The notes: generated by a model not told the origin, from the letters alone. 32,000 nt of DNA from Candidatus Saccharimonadota bacterium (GCA_963698035.1 OY969114.1:480001-512000), one strand, 5' to 3'. Counted from the first letter of the stretch, positions 1 to 9,795 are shown. Program-made: numbers and translations.

Positions 1-75
1 CGCAGCCGTGCACTGCGCCAGGAAGCCCAGAACCATAAGCAGCGGCAGTAGATAGAGTACTCTTGCTCGAAGCAT
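1..75 (-). CDS. Partial CDS (N-terminus only, continues past the window start) with a hydrophobic signal/TM-like N-terminus
   Basis: The reverse complement of 1..75 reads MLRARVLYLLPLLMVLGFLAQCTAA, open to the window edge. A TATA-like TTTTATACATTT (minus strand, ~100-112) lies ~25-35 nt upstream of the ATG. Confidence 0.35.
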   Translation of the reverse strand, partial: MLRARVLYLLPLLMVLGFLAQCTAA

Positions 76-160
76 TAAACCAGATTAACATCAAGATAAA
101 TGTATAAAAGGGTTTTGTATCTCCTGTTCATTAGAAAATTGGACTCCCAACTCTTACTGT

Positions 161-1150
161 TCATACATGCAGTATACTGAAAAGTATCGCGTATGCAGAC
201 ATACCTATGGCGATGCCGAAGAGCAGCGGCGGTATCGCTGGAAGCGCCCTTTTGTAGCGCCTGAGTATGTGGGTCGTAAGAAGCAGACCGAATATCGCGC
301 CGAATATGATGAAGAAGCTCAGCACGAAGTTGAGCGTGACTTCGTACGCAGCTATGGCCACCATCAACGGTATTGCAAAGTCGCCGGTGCCGAGCTCAAC
401 CCTCGCAACAACCGGCAGCATGCCATTTCTGTAGAGCCGAGAGAGAGTTGGATTTTTTGATATGTCGGGTCCCTCTTTCTTGTAGTCTTCCAGCTCCTTC
501 TTGCTGAAATCGCTCCTTGGCAGAGCTTCGAACTCGCTTACGCCTACCAGGAAAGCGAGGTTCCTCGACGACATCGCCTTTGCCATGGTAATCATGTGCT
601 TGGTTACGAAGACGGCTATGAAGTCGTAGGCTGCGAGTATGACCATGAAGATGATGGCCGCAAGGAAGCTGAAGCTTATCCCGAGGATGAGCCCCACCCC
701 GATGCTTGCTATTATCGCAGTAGCATTCCTAAGCTTGGGCCACTTGTTCTTTGCTAGCACAAGCAGGAGCGCGCCGCCTATGCCGGCCACCAAGTTTGCC
801 GTTATGCCCGTGCCCGCCAGATTGAACAGTGTAGAGGTGCTGATAGTGCCGAATATTACCAGGAAGACGAAGAATGAGGATATGAACACCACGGCACCTT
901 CGAGAATCATGAAGAACTTATTTCCCCTGTATATTCTGAATAAGAATATCAGCACGACGCTGAATATCACTATATAAATGATGTAGAAGAGGGCACCTAC
1001 CGCCGACGAGACGACCTGCACGCTCTTGACCTGTTGGTAGGTGGAGCCACTGAAGACCATGCTCGCGAGCAACAGGCCGAAGAACTGCACGATCATGAAC
1101 ATTGCAAGTATCTGCAACAGCTGCCTGTTCTCTATGACCCTAAGAGGCAA
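161..1150 (-). CDS. Presenilin/signal-peptide-peptidase family (A22) intramembrane aspartyl protease homolog
   Basis: 329-aa polytopic membrane ORF. It has the family motifs YD ('LAAYDFIAVF'), GxGD ('LGTGDFAIP') and a PAL-like motif near the C-terminus ('ALPAIPPLL'). It lies 8 nt downstream of mcm on the same strand. Confidence 0.75.
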   Translation of the reverse strand: MPLRVIENRQLLQILAMFMIVQFFGLLLASMVFSGSTYQQVKSVQVVSSAVGALFYIIYIVIFSVVLIFLFRIYRGNKFFMILEGAVVFISSFFVFLVIFGTISTSTLFNLAGTGITANLVAGIGGALLLVLAKNKWPKLRNATAIIASIGVGLILGISFSFLAAIIFMVILAAYDFIAVFVTKHMITMAKAMSSRNLAFLVGVSEFEALPRSDFSKKELEDYKKEGPDISKNPTLSRLYRNGMLPVVARVELGTGDFAIPLMVAIAAYEVTLNFVLSFFIIFGAIFGLLLTTHILRRYKRALPAIPPLLFGIAIGMSAYAILFSILHV

Positions 1151-1158
1151 CCTTACAC

Positions 1159-3222
1159 CTACTCACTTTCGTGCCTTATGATTTTTATAATGCCAGGTTT
1201 TGGCCTGAATATATCGCCGCTTCTCTCAAGCTCCACTATATACTTATTGACAGTGGCAGCGTCCACTCCCGCTTTCTCGGCCTCCTCCACCAGCCTCTGC
1301 ATCTTCGCGCTGCCTTCGTCCGCCTCGAGCTTCCTTATTATGTTGAGCATCGTGTTTATCTTGTCAACCTTCTCCCTGGGCATGCCGGTTATTATCGCGT
1401 CGATGTCGTACCTGCCTCCACGATCCACAAGAAGCGTCTTAAGCATGAACTCGTTCAGTGATATCGCCACCTCCGCGTCGGCTATCTCCACCACTGACGA
1501 GAGCCTCGACTTGGCGCTCGCCTCAGCCATCCTTATTATTCCCTCTATCTGCCTCGGCGTTATTGGTGTGGCTCCCTGCTTCGCCCCCAGCTTCCTGAGA
1601 TCTATATAGTACTCCTGTATCCTCTTTGACGCCTCGACCATTATCCTCGGGAAAATGTTCTTCCTCGCATATGCTATGTACTTTCTGACGAACTCCCCCT
1701 CGATAGGCGGCCTCTCCACCTGCTCGTACTCCTGCACCTCAGATATCCTTGCCCCCGCAGCCTCGTGCTGCAGCAGTATGTGCCTAGCTATGCTTTTGTC
1801 CAGCTCGCTGTCCATTATGTCCCTTATCGGGAATATGAGGTCGAATCTTGAGAGAAGTGTAGGTGGTATGTCGAACTGCTCAGCAGGATATGCATTCGGG
1901 TCGAACCTTCCGAATTTGGGGTTTGCGGCTGCAAGCACCGCAGACCTCGCGGTGAAGGTCGCAATTATGCCCGCCTTCGCGACGCTGATTGTCTGAGACT
2001 CAAGTGCCTCGTGCAGCGCTGCCCTGTCGCTCTCATCTACTTTATCAAACTCATCGATGGCTACTATTCCACCAGATCCCAGTACCAGTGCTCCTGCTTT
2101 GAGCGTCCATCCCCCCTCTGAGAAGTCATCGCGCTCAGCTACCGCGGTCATTCCCCCTCCGGTAACAGACTTTCCGCTTACATAGATTCCCTTCGGCACC
2201 AGTCTCGAAACGGATTGGAGTATCCTGGTCTTTGCGCTTCCGGGGTCCCCTATGAGCAGTATGTGCATGTCGCTCCTGATTAGTCCCCCGTCGATGAGGG
2301 TCTTGCCTGGCGTGCCGCCGAAGAGCTGCAGCGCCACCGCCCTCTTTATCTCGTCATAGCCGTATATCGACGGGGCGATCGACTTCGCTATCTTCTCGAA
2401 TATCTTCGGGTCCTTGCCCAGCTCCTTTATCGTTCTCTCTTCCTCATCTGTTATCTCCAGGTCCGCAAACTCCTTCTGCTTCGGCACTATCGAAACCGTG
2501 TCAAGGAACATCGTATAGATGTCCCGCTCGAGCCTCCCCTTGGCGTTCCTCCTCGGCCTTATCCTCAATATTCCTGTAAGCTCGATCCTATCACCAGGTA
2601 TCACCGTGTTGACAAGGTCATCCTCTATCCAGACCTCCAGCTGCCACGTGGGCGAGCTCCCGCGCAACTTCTCAAGCGGATCCTGCACCGCAATCTTCTG
2701 CAGGTTTATGAATTCGGATTCCTCTGCTACCTGTTTCAGCGAGCGCCGCTTGCACGAGATGCAAAATTCAGGAAGCTCATCGTGGCCAGACCTGACCTTG
2801 TAGATCGCACCGCAGTATGTGCACTTGTAGGAGCCCATCTTGACCTTCGGGTTTATCTCAGACCTCTTTACTATCAGGCTGTCAAGCATTATCATCTTGC
2901 TTATGTATGCGGAACCGACGTCCTGCACAAGCGGGATGTTGACGTTCTGCCCAAAAAACCTTACGTGGACCTCCTTGCCTTCAAGGTCGAGGTTGCTCAT
3001 CTTTCCCCGCAGAGACTCGGTGGCGGCCTCCATTATCGGATCGGGCTGGTCGATAAGCGCCTCTGCTATCTCCGGGTCGAACTTTATCAGCTCCTTGAAA
3101 TCAACTGCAAGGCTCCTCTTGTCAGGAAAAGATATGACCAGTGAGTTTATTCCCTCCGAGCAGTACCTCTCGAAGAACTCGTCGAAGCGCGACTTTATGC
3201 CCTCCAAAGCGGCATCTACCAT
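1159..3222 (-). CDS. mcm: MCM replicative helicase
   Basis: Zinc motif 'CTYCGAIYK...CISCKRRS', Walker A 'IGDPGSAKT', Walker B 'AIDEFDK', arginine finger 'SRFDL'. The ORF track opens at a GTG (3237). The ATG at 3222 fits better with the TATA-like box at ~3252-3264. Confidence 0.95.
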   Translation of the reverse strand: MVDAALEGIKSRFDEFFERYCSEGINSLVISFPDKRSLAVDFKELIKFDPEIAEALIDQPDPIMEAATESLRGKMSNLDLEGKEVHVRFFGQNVNIPLVQDVGSAYISKMIMLDSLIVKRSEINPKVKMGSYKCTYCGAIYKVRSGHDELPEFCISCKRRSLKQVAEESEFINLQKIAVQDPLEKLRGSSPTWQLEVWIEDDLVNTVIPGDRIELTGILRIRPRRNAKGRLERDIYTMFLDTVSIVPKQKEFADLEITDEEERTIKELGKDPKIFEKIAKSIAPSIYGYDEIKRAVALQLFGGTPGKTLIDGGLIRSDMHILLIGDPGSAKTRILQSVSRLVPKGIYVSGKSVTGGGMTAVAERDDFSEGGWTLKAGALVLGSGGIVAIDEFDKVDESDRAALHEALESQTISVAKAGIIATFTARSAVLAAANPKFGRFDPNAYPAEQFDIPPTLLSRFDLIFPIRDIMDSELDKSIARHILLQHEAAGARISEVQEYEQVERPPIEGEFVRKYIAYARKNIFPRIMVEASKRIQEYYIDLRKLGAKQGATPITPRQIEGIIRMAEASAKSRLSSVVEIADAEVAISLNEFMLKTLLVDRGGRYDIDAIITGMPREKVDKINTMLNIIRKLEADEGSAKMQRLVEEAEKAGVDAATVNKYIVELERSGDIFRPKPGIIKIIRHESE

Positions 3223-3364
3223 CTTACCCCCGAACACTAAAACACCAGCAAATATAATATATCTGCATAGCGGTAAGAGTAGTATCGCTACTACGCCCTT
3301 TTTATTATCTCCAATAAAAAGCTTTTAGTGGCATACTACCAGATCAATGAGCAAGGTGTGAATA

Positions 3365-5008
3365 ATGGGAAGGTACATAGTGACGTCCGCGCTGCCTTAT
3401 GCATACTCTATGCCTCATCTCGGAAACTTTGTGGGTTCGGTTTTACCTGCAGATGTTTACTACAGATATCTAAAGATGAATAATGAAGATGCAATTTTTA
3501 TTTGCGGTTCTGACCAGCATGGCACTGCAGGTGAATTAAAGGCTGCAGAAGAACACACCACTCCAGAAGAGCTCTCAGAAAACATGCATGGAAAGCTCGA
3601 GCGGCTCTTCGAGAACTACAAATGCGCATTTACATATTATGGCAAGACAAACACCGAGACCAACAAACAGACTGTATACGAGTTCTTCAACGCCCTAAAG
3701 AAAAACGATTACATTGTAGAGATCGAAAACAGGCTGCCATACTGCGAAATAGACAAAAGGTTCTTGCCTGACACGTTCATAGAAGGCACATGCCCTAAAT
3801 GCAGTTATAAGCACGCAAGAGGTAACCAATGTGAGAACTGTGGAAGCCTGCTGGATCCCGACCAACTTATAGAGCCGCGTTGCAGGTTCTGCGGAAAGAG
3901 CGAGATAACATTCAAGACTGTCAAGAACCTCGCGCTTGCTTTCGACAAACTACAAGATAAAATATACGAGTTCATAAAGGTTGAATCCAAGAACGGCTGG
4001 AGCAAGAACTCTGTCAACAAGGCACTAAGCTACATAAAAGAGGGCCTGAAGCCTAGAGCTATAACTAGAAACACGAAGTGGGGGTTCCCCGTGAACGAAA
4101 AGGGCTTTGAGGATACCGTCTATTATGTTTGGTTCGATGCCGTGCTGGGCTACATCAGCATAACCAAAGATTGGGATGCCAAAAAATGGAAGAACTATTG
4201 GCTCAACGATGCAAAGCTCGTGCAATTCATGGGGAAAGACAACATAGAATTCCATACATTGATGTGGCCTGGAATGCTGATAGGGTCCAATCTCGGATAT
4301 ACGATGCCGACCACCATAAGAGCATCTGAATATCTGCTATCAAAGGGATTCAAGTTTTCGAAGACAGCAGGAGCTGGGATAGATATGCAAGATGCAATAA
4401 ATCTACTTAGCGCAGACTACTGGCGCTTTGTGCTGATGTACCTTTATCCCGAAACTGCAGATACGGAATTTACAGTCGAATTGGTGCTAAGCGTAGTCAA
4501 TGGAGTAATGAATGACAACATAGGCAACTTCGTAAACAGGGTGCTGAAGCTGTCTCAGGAGAACAAGGATATCATCAACAGAGATGCAAAACCCATAAAG
4601 AAGCATCTCGACGAAGCAGCGCAGATAATAGAAAAATACAAGCGCAGTTTCAACACTTTTGGTCTGAGAGAGGCACTCCAGTCTGTTGTTGAGCTTTCCG
4701 GACTCGGCAACTCCATAATGGGAAATTATCAGCCCTGGATGGTGGCAAAGAGAGCAAAGTCAGATGATGCGGCTAGAAAAGAGTTGTCTGAGCAAATGAC
4801 AACCCTAATAAAAATCGTATACCAGCTCGGTATACTGCTATGGCCCTATACTCCCGATTCAAGTATGAAGATATTGTCATATTTTAATGTAAGGAAAGAG
4901 CCAACAATGGAGCTTCTCGAACAGAACGAACAGCTAGATCTAGAGAAAAATGTAATACCACTATTCAAGAAGCTTGATGAGTCGTTCACCAAAAATTTCA
5001 ACCGCTAG
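3365..5008 (+). CDS. metG: Methionyl-tRNA synthetase (core enzyme, no fused C-terminal tRNA-binding domain)
   Basis: Class I signature 'PHLGN' (HIGH-type), 'KFSKTAG' (KMSKS-type), and the zinc knuckle insertion 'CPKCSYKHARGNQCENCG...CRFCG' typical of MetRS. Confidence 0.93.
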   Translation: MGRYIVTSALPYAYSMPHLGNFVGSVLPADVYYRYLKMNNEDAIFICGSDQHGTAGELKAAEEHTTPEELSENMHGKLERLFENYKCAFTYYGKTNTETNKQTVYEFFNALKKNDYIVEIENRLPYCEIDKRFLPDTFIEGTCPKCSYKHARGNQCENCGSLLDPDQLIEPRCRFCGKSEITFKTVKNLALAFDKLQDKIYEFIKVESKNGWSKNSVNKALSYIKEGLKPRAITRNTKWGFPVNEKGFEDTVYYVWFDAVLGYISITKDWDAKKWKNYWLNDAKLVQFMGKDNIEFHTLMWPGMLIGSNLGYTMPTTIRASEYLLSKGFKFSKTAGAGIDMQDAINLLSADYWRFVLMYLYPETADTEFTVELVLSVVNGVMNDNIGNFVNRVLKLSQENKDIINRDAKPIKKHLDEAAQIIEKYKRSFNTFGLREALQSVVELSGLGNSIMGNYQPWMVAKRAKSDDAARKELSEQMTTLIKIVYQLGILLWPYTPDSSMKILSYFNVRKEPTMELLEQNEQLDLEKNVIPLFKKLDESFTKNFNR

Positions 5009-5168
5009 CCATTTTCCATACCTCCTGCCTAGAAAGCTGGAAGATTGCACCTTCAGGAAGTTCAATGGCAAGGTTAGGAAGGGGGAGCTCATCTTCAGGA
5101 AGATTCCAGATGAGGAGCTGCAGAAATTGGCATGAAGCCGTTCTGGTCGGCTACCAAACAACCTTTCA

Positions 5169-5492
5169 TCATCTTACCTTGCTTCCGACCCGCAATTCCT
5201 TGTCAGGCTGCAGCAGCGAGATCCCGGTCTCGTCCTCTGCAGTGAGTATCATTCCTTCCGAGACAAATCCAGCTATGCTCTTCGGCTCGAGGTTTGCCAC
5301 CACAATCACCCTCCTGTTCAGCAGCTCATCCTTCGTGTAGATGTTCTTTATCCCTGCTGCTATGTTCTTTATGCCAAGCTCGCCAAGGTCCACCCTGAGC
5401 CCGTAGATGGGCTTCCTCGCCGCTACATCGTTTACTTCTATTATCTTGCCCACTCTGATGTCAAGCTGCATGAACTCGTTTATAGTTGCCAT
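5169..5492 (-). CDS. Stand-alone tRNA-binding OB-fold protein (Trbp111/CsaA/MetRS C-terminal domain family)
   Basis: 107 aa. 'FMQLDIRVGKIIEV...VVANLEPKSIAGFVSEGMILTAED' matches the conserved pattern of the MetRS C-terminal/EMAP-II-like tRNA-binding domain. Confidence 0.8.
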   Translation of the reverse strand: MATINEFMQLDIRVGKIIEVNDVAARKPIYGLRVDLGELGIKNIAAGIKNIYTKDELLNRRVIVVANLEPKSIAGFVSEGMILTAEDETGISLLQPDKELRVGSKVR

Positions 5493-5609
5493 GGAAGAGA
5501 GATGGAATTAGCAGATATAAATACCCTACCCGTGGGGTTTAAATATGGGCCGCGGTTCCACTATCCTACCAATATTTAAATATCTCGAATTTGATATTTT
5601 ATAGATAAA

Positions 5610-6095
5610 ATGCCGCTTGCCAAAGTGAAGGATTCCAAGCCGAAAAGCTTAAGCTATGCGATGATGCACGGCTCTAGCGAAATCGGCACATACTGTGAGA
5701 TAGAGGTTTTGAGCAAGCCAATAAAGATCTATGAAAGGGGCAACAGGCTTGCTAGCATAGGTTTGCCTGTAGACTTTCACGGTCCTTACACGGTGTACAT
5801 AAACGCGAAGATGGGCTCCGTAGCTATAGAGCTGTCAAAAATAGAGAAGGAGAAGCAGAATAACAGCGATGCCCTCGAGGTACTCGCTTGGAGGATTGAA
5901 GATGAGATAAAAAGGTCGGGATCCGCCATGATGCGTCTATCCCTCCTCAAGAGGCGCGCGTCGGGCCACCTCTACTGGGGCATCTCCAACGGCGATGTTG
6001 GCAGCATAAGCATAGTGCCCAAGGAGCATGCCGAGACTGCACTCCCAACGCCTGCCCCGATAGGGAATCTGGTCAGGACCCAAAGATATCTATAA
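5610..6095 (+). CDS. Hypothetical protein
   Basis: 161-aa ORF in an otherwise empty interval, preceded by AT-rich TATA-like sequence (TTTAAATAT at ~5575). No motif recognised. Confidence 0.5.
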   Translation: MPLAKVKDSKPKSLSYAMMHGSSEIGTYCEIEVLSKPIKIYERGNRLASIGLPVDFHGPYTVYINAKMGSVAIELSKIEKEKQNNSDALEVLAWRIEDEIKRSGSAMMRLSLLKRRASGHLYWGISNGDVGSISIVPKEHAETALPTPAPIGNLVRTQRYL

Positions 6096-6140
6096 ATAGC
6101 TTAATGCTAATACCATACCGTCTACTTTTGAGTGGTCAAA

Positions 6141-6539
6141 ATGAGCCAATTTGGAGTACAACTGCATTCAAAGTCAAACACAAAAGGCAGCGGCAACGGC
6201 AAGAGGGTAATAAAATCGAGGGACAAGAGAAGGAGCGAGATAGGCAGCTACTTCACCGGCACGAAAATGGCCGAGCAGGATGTCCTGAGGAGCCACAGGA
6301 TGCGCGGCGGTTCGGTAAAGGGTGTGCTCAAGGGAGCGGGCTTCGCCAACCTCCTGACGAAGGGCGGATACAAGAAGGTCAAGATAAAGGGAGTGCTAGA
6401 ATCTAAGGACAACAGGAACTTCGCCCGTCAGAACATAATAACGAAAGGCACCATAATCAATACGGAGGAGGGGAAGGCGCAGGTCATAAACCGGCCGGGC
6501 AGGGAAGGGAGCATAAACGCTAGACTGATAGAGGCTTGA
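6141..6539 (+). CDS. rps8e: 30S ribosomal protein S8e
   Basis: Basic N-terminus 'SKSNTKGSGNGKRVIKSRDKRRSE' and C-terminus 'AQVINRPGREGSINARLIE' are typical of S8e. The ATG is at 6141; the ORF track uses an upstream GTG at 6132. Confidence 0.85.
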   Translation: MSQFGVQLHSKSNTKGSGNGKRVIKSRDKRRSEIGSYFTGTKMAEQDVLRSHRMRGGSVKGVLKGAGFANLLTKGGYKKVKIKGVLESKDNRNFARQNIITKGTIINTEEGKAQVINRPGREGSINARLIEA

Positions 6540-6543
6540 AGAG

Positions 6544-6921
6544 ATGTCAACCGTTGTCTACGAGCTGGACGCAGCGGAATCATCAGAACTGAAGAAGTTC
6601 CTCGAGTACGATCCATACTTAGACAAGTCGCTCGGCGAGGAGGCCCTGAAGAAGCTTCACGATGACAAGCTCACCAACGTAATATTCTCGAGGCAGGAGT
6701 ACAGCCTGAGGGAGGGCTCGGCTCTCGGTCTCGACGAGAAGAAGTGCTATCTCTACCTGAAGGCGAACAACGATTTCCTCAAATTGGCGGACGAGAAGCT
6801 AAAGAAGAGCTTCAAGAGCGTGAAGCGCACGACCAAGGAACAGGAAGAGAAGTTCATAGCCGTAGTAGAGGACGAGCAGAACCGCGGCAACGCCGGGATA
6901 GGCGCAATATTTGGTGGTTGA
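6544..6921 (+). CDS. Hypothetical acidic/coiled protein with a ribosomal-stalk-like C-terminal tail
   Basis: 125-aa ORF, 4 nt after rps8e. It ends '...EDEQNRGNAGIGAIFGG', resembling the conserved archaeal P1 stalk terminus (acidic stretch followed by GL[GS]ALFG). Confidence 0.55.
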   Translation: MSTVVYELDAAESSELKKFLEYDPYLDKSLGEEALKKLHDDKLTNVIFSRQEYSLREGSALGLDEKKCYLYLKANNDFLKLADEKLKKSFKSVKRTTKEQEEKFIAVVEDEQNRGNAGIGAIFGG

Positions 6922-7818
6922 TTGAACCTGATAAGCTCCGACGACCTGTCAAGAGAGCACATAAACAGGATATTTGAAATTGCCGACGACCTCAAGGCGG
7001 AGAAGACTGAGCTCTCGCTGAAGGAGCACGCTGTAATGGCGCTGTTGTTTGAGATGCCATCCACTAGGACAAGGCTGGCGTTCGAGGTAGCCATGATTCA
7101 GCTTGGTGGCAGCGTTGTATACATAGACGCGGATAGATCGCAAATGAAGAAATGGGAGAGCATCCCCGACACAGCAAGGGTGATAAGCAGCTACTGCGAC
7201 TTCATAGTGGCTAGGATGTATCATCAATCAGAGCTTGAGGAGTTCGCCAAGAACTCTGCCATGCCTGTTATAAACGCGCTCACAGACCTTGAACATCCAG
7301 TGCAGGCGCTGGCCGATCTTTACACAATAAAGCAGCACGTCGGCAACATACGCGACACAAAGATCGCCTTCATAGGTGACATAACGGCCAACACAGCCAA
7401 TTCGCTTATGCTAACGGCAGCAAAGCTCGGAGCCGAAATGTCTCTCATAGGCCCGCAGGAGTATCCAAATGTGCTCTATTTCAACAAGGCGCGCGAATAC
7501 GGCAAGGTGCACAGCTACACCTCTATAGAAGCCGGCATGGAGGATGTAGACATAGTCTACTGCGATGCCTTTATCGGCATGGGCCAGGAGAGTGACGCAG
7601 AGAATAGGCGCAAGCTATTCATGCCCTACCAACTCAACGCAAAGAGTCTTTCATATGCTCCAAAAGATGCGCTTGTCATGCATTGCATGCCGGCGCACAG
7701 GGGAGAGGAGATAACCGAAGAGATTCTGGACGGGCAAAGGAGCATAATCTGGGAGCAGGTCAAGAACGTCCTTCTTATAGACAAGGCCGTGCTGCTCTTC
7801 CTCTCAGAAAACAGCTGA
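6922..7818 (+). CDS. argF: Ornithine carbamoyltransferase-like transcarbamylase
   Basis: 'PSTRTR' carbamoyl-phosphate motif, 'HPVQALADL', 'CDAFIGMGQE', and 'HCMPAHRGEE' (HCLP-type motif, OTC rather than ATCase). TTG start immediately after the upstream stop. Confidence 0.8.
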   Translation: MNLISSDDLSREHINRIFEIADDLKAEKTELSLKEHAVMALLFEMPSTRTRLAFEVAMIQLGGSVVYIDADRSQMKKWESIPDTARVISSYCDFIVARMYHQSELEEFAKNSAMPVINALTDLEHPVQALADLYTIKQHVGNIRDTKIAFIGDITANTANSLMLTAAKLGAEMSLIGPQEYPNVLYFNKAREYGKVHSYTSIEAGMEDVDIVYCDAFIGMGQESDAENRRKLFMPYQLNAKSLSYAPKDALVMHCMPAHRGEEITEEILDGQRSIIWEQVKNVLLIDKAVLLFLSENS

Positions 7819-7859
7819 TTTTCAGATAAGTATATAATCTTAACCAGGCATTCAGTATC

Positions 7860-8510
7860 ATGGACCTCCTCGAGAAAGTGGCGATAGTCGCAATCATACT
7901 CATTGTGATATTCAGCTCTGCGCTCCTGATATTCAAGTATGCGATAAAGGGAAACCAGAGCCTGACGGCAGTGCAAGCGCAGCAGATAGTGTTGAGGGAC
8001 CTGAGCCTAACGTACCCCAATGCGAGCATCACGGCCACAAATGTGTCACCATCAACGCTCTCCAAAGGGAGCTGGTCGGTCTATGTCAGCATAGTCTACA
8101 ACGCGACAAGGCCGTGCCCAACCCTCTATCTTGACCAGTATGATTATCCGGCGACCGGCCTCGTGCCAACCATCGCGAACCTCTACACGCAGCACTGCAT
8201 AATATACGGCCTTGCAGGGACGGCCCTGCCATATTACACCTATTTGATAACATCCCCAGAAATCGCAATCGCAAAATCGTACAACTCTTCATACCCCTCA
8301 CTAATAAGGTACGTCTCAACATTCGGCTATGACAACACTAACGTCTACGCGAAGAGGTACATAGTGCTCAACCGCACAACGATACCCGTGAACGTCACCT
8401 TCTACGACGCCTGGCTTATAAACTACACCGCAACCAACGCCCCCTATTCCGAGTACATAGTTATGAACTCAACCGGCTTCATACTATACAATTATTCGGT
8501 CTCAAAGTAG
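7860..8510 (+). CDS. Membrane-anchored extracellular protein, sequon-rich
   Basis: N-terminal TM helix 'VAIVAIILIVIFSSALLIF', then many N-x-S/T sequons (NQS, NAS, NVS, NAT, NSS, NRT, NVT, NYT, NST, NYS). Confidence 0.6.
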   Translation: MDLLEKVAIVAIILIVIFSSALLIFKYAIKGNQSLTAVQAQQIVLRDLSLTYPNASITATNVSPSTLSKGSWSVYVSIVYNATRPCPTLYLDQYDYPATGLVPTIANLYTQHCIIYGLAGTALPYYTYLITSPEIAIAKSYNSSYPSLIRYVSTFGYDNTNVYAKRYIVLNRTTIPVNVTFYDAWLINYTATNAPYSEYIVMNSTGFILYNYSVSK

Positions 8511-8699
8511 CCGATTCCAGTATAATTTGGTACATAATATAATACCAAGATAAAAGCTATTTTATCTTTGTAAACAAATATGCCGATTTTTGCCTACGCA
8601 AAATTCCCCATTTTTCCATTCTATTCAAAACTACTACTATCAAACGGCGAAGCACAAGGCTTTTAAAGCTTTTTAGAGCATTGCTAGATTGGCGATAAA

Positions 8700-9770
8700 A
8701 TGAACGACCTTGTTAACGACCTATTGGGACAACCGAACACAAGCACAGCAAGCAGCGCACAGGTGGCAGACTCTTCTGAAATCAAGATAGTGACAGTTGG
8801 ATTGGGTGGAGCTGGATGCAACATAGTGAACAGGCTTCTTAAGGCAGGGGTCAAGGGCACAGAGTTCATTGCGGTGAACACGGACGGCCAGCACTTCAAG
8901 ATAATAGATGACAGGATAAGAAAGATACTTATCGGAAAAGCGTTAACAAGGGGTCTCGGAGCGGGTGGTGATGTAAAGACAGGCGCAAAAGCGGCAGAGA
9001 TTGACAGGCCGCTTCTAGAAGCTGCGGTATCCGGCGCGCAGCTGGTCTTCCTTACCGCAGGCATGGGAGGCGGAACAGGAGGCGGAGCTATACCTATCAT
9101 GGCGCAGATCGCAAAGGAGCAGGGTGCGATCGTGGTCGCGATGGTTACCTACCCATTCGACCTTGAGCGGGTTAGGAAGGTAAAGGCAGAGGAGGGCATC
9201 CAGGAGCTCAGGAAGCACTGCGACAGCGTCATAATCCTGGACAACAACATGCTGGTCAAGCTGGTGCCGAACCTTCCGATGAACGAGGCGTTCGCGCTTG
9301 CGGACTCTGTCCTTGCAAAGGCGATAGGAGGCCTTGTCTGGACCATAACCCAGCCAAGCATGATCAACATAGACTTCGCCGACGTACGCGCAATAATGGT
9401 CGGAGGCGGCGTGGGATTCATAGCGGTCGGGACCGGAAAGGGAGCCGAGAAGGTCGAAGCAGCAGCGGAAGGGGTTCTTAAGAACAAGCTTCTTGACGTT
9501 AACTTCGAGAACGCAACAGGAGCCCTGATACACATCTCAGGCGGGTCATCGCTCACCATAGGCGACGCGATACACTCGGGCGAGATAATAACCGAGCAGA
9601 TGTCTCCAACAGCGAACGTAAAGTGGGGCGCAAGGATAATCCCAGGATACGAGGACACGCTAGAGATCGTAGCGATCGTAACCGGCGTCAAGGGTGCGAG
9701 TATCGTGGGAAGGCTGGAGGAGAGGAGCCAAGCGAGCGCCTCCTACGGCGACCTGGAGACAATCGGTTGA
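8700..9770 (+). CDS. ftsZ: Cell division GTPase FtsZ (paralog 1)
   Basis: 'GLGGAGCNIVNRL', tubulin signature 'GMGGGTGGGAIP', 'NIDFADVRAIM'. Confidence 0.95.
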   Translation: MNDLVNDLLGQPNTSTASSAQVADSSEIKIVTVGLGGAGCNIVNRLLKAGVKGTEFIAVNTDGQHFKIIDDRIRKILIGKALTRGLGAGGDVKTGAKAAEIDRPLLEAAVSGAQLVFLTAGMGGGTGGGAIPIMAQIAKEQGAIVVAMVTYPFDLERVRKVKAEEGIQELRKHCDSVIILDNNMLVKLVPNLPMNEAFALADSVLAKAIGGLVWTITQPSMINIDFADVRAIMVGGGVGFIAVGTGKGAEKVEAAAEGVLKNKLLDVNFENATGALIHISGGSSLTIGDAIHSGEIITEQMSPTANVKWGARIIPGYEDTLEIVAIVTGVKGASIVGRLEERSQASASYGDLETIG

Positions 9771-9795
9771 CCCTCGTTTACATTACGGTGGTTTA

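Noticed and set aside
167-3328. Plus-strand ORFs (97-191 aa) inside the presenilin-like and mcm genes
   Set aside because: They are antisense to genes with unambiguous motif support, and no motifs of their own were found.
3238-3364. AT-rich divergent region between mcm and metG considered as a replication origin
   Set aside because: I saw no repeated ORB-like elements or long inverted repeats, and no adjacent orc1/cdc6. It is adequately explained as two divergent promoters.
4977-5135. Alternative-frame 52-aa ORF overlapping the metG 3' end, whose product ends 'KGELIFRKIPDEELQKLA' and resembles a second copy of the MetRS linker 'IPLFKKLDES'
   Set aside because: The similarity is short and compositionally simple, and there is no supporting start context. 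It could hint at a duplicated or frameshifted MetRS tail, but the evidence is too thin.
8527-8548. Inverted repeat TTGGTA-N10-TACCAA 17 nt after the stop of the 7860-8510 gene, considered as a terminator
   Set aside because: The stem is short (6 bp) and AT-rich. Archaeal termination relies mainly on oligo-T tracts, so a functional call is not supportable.
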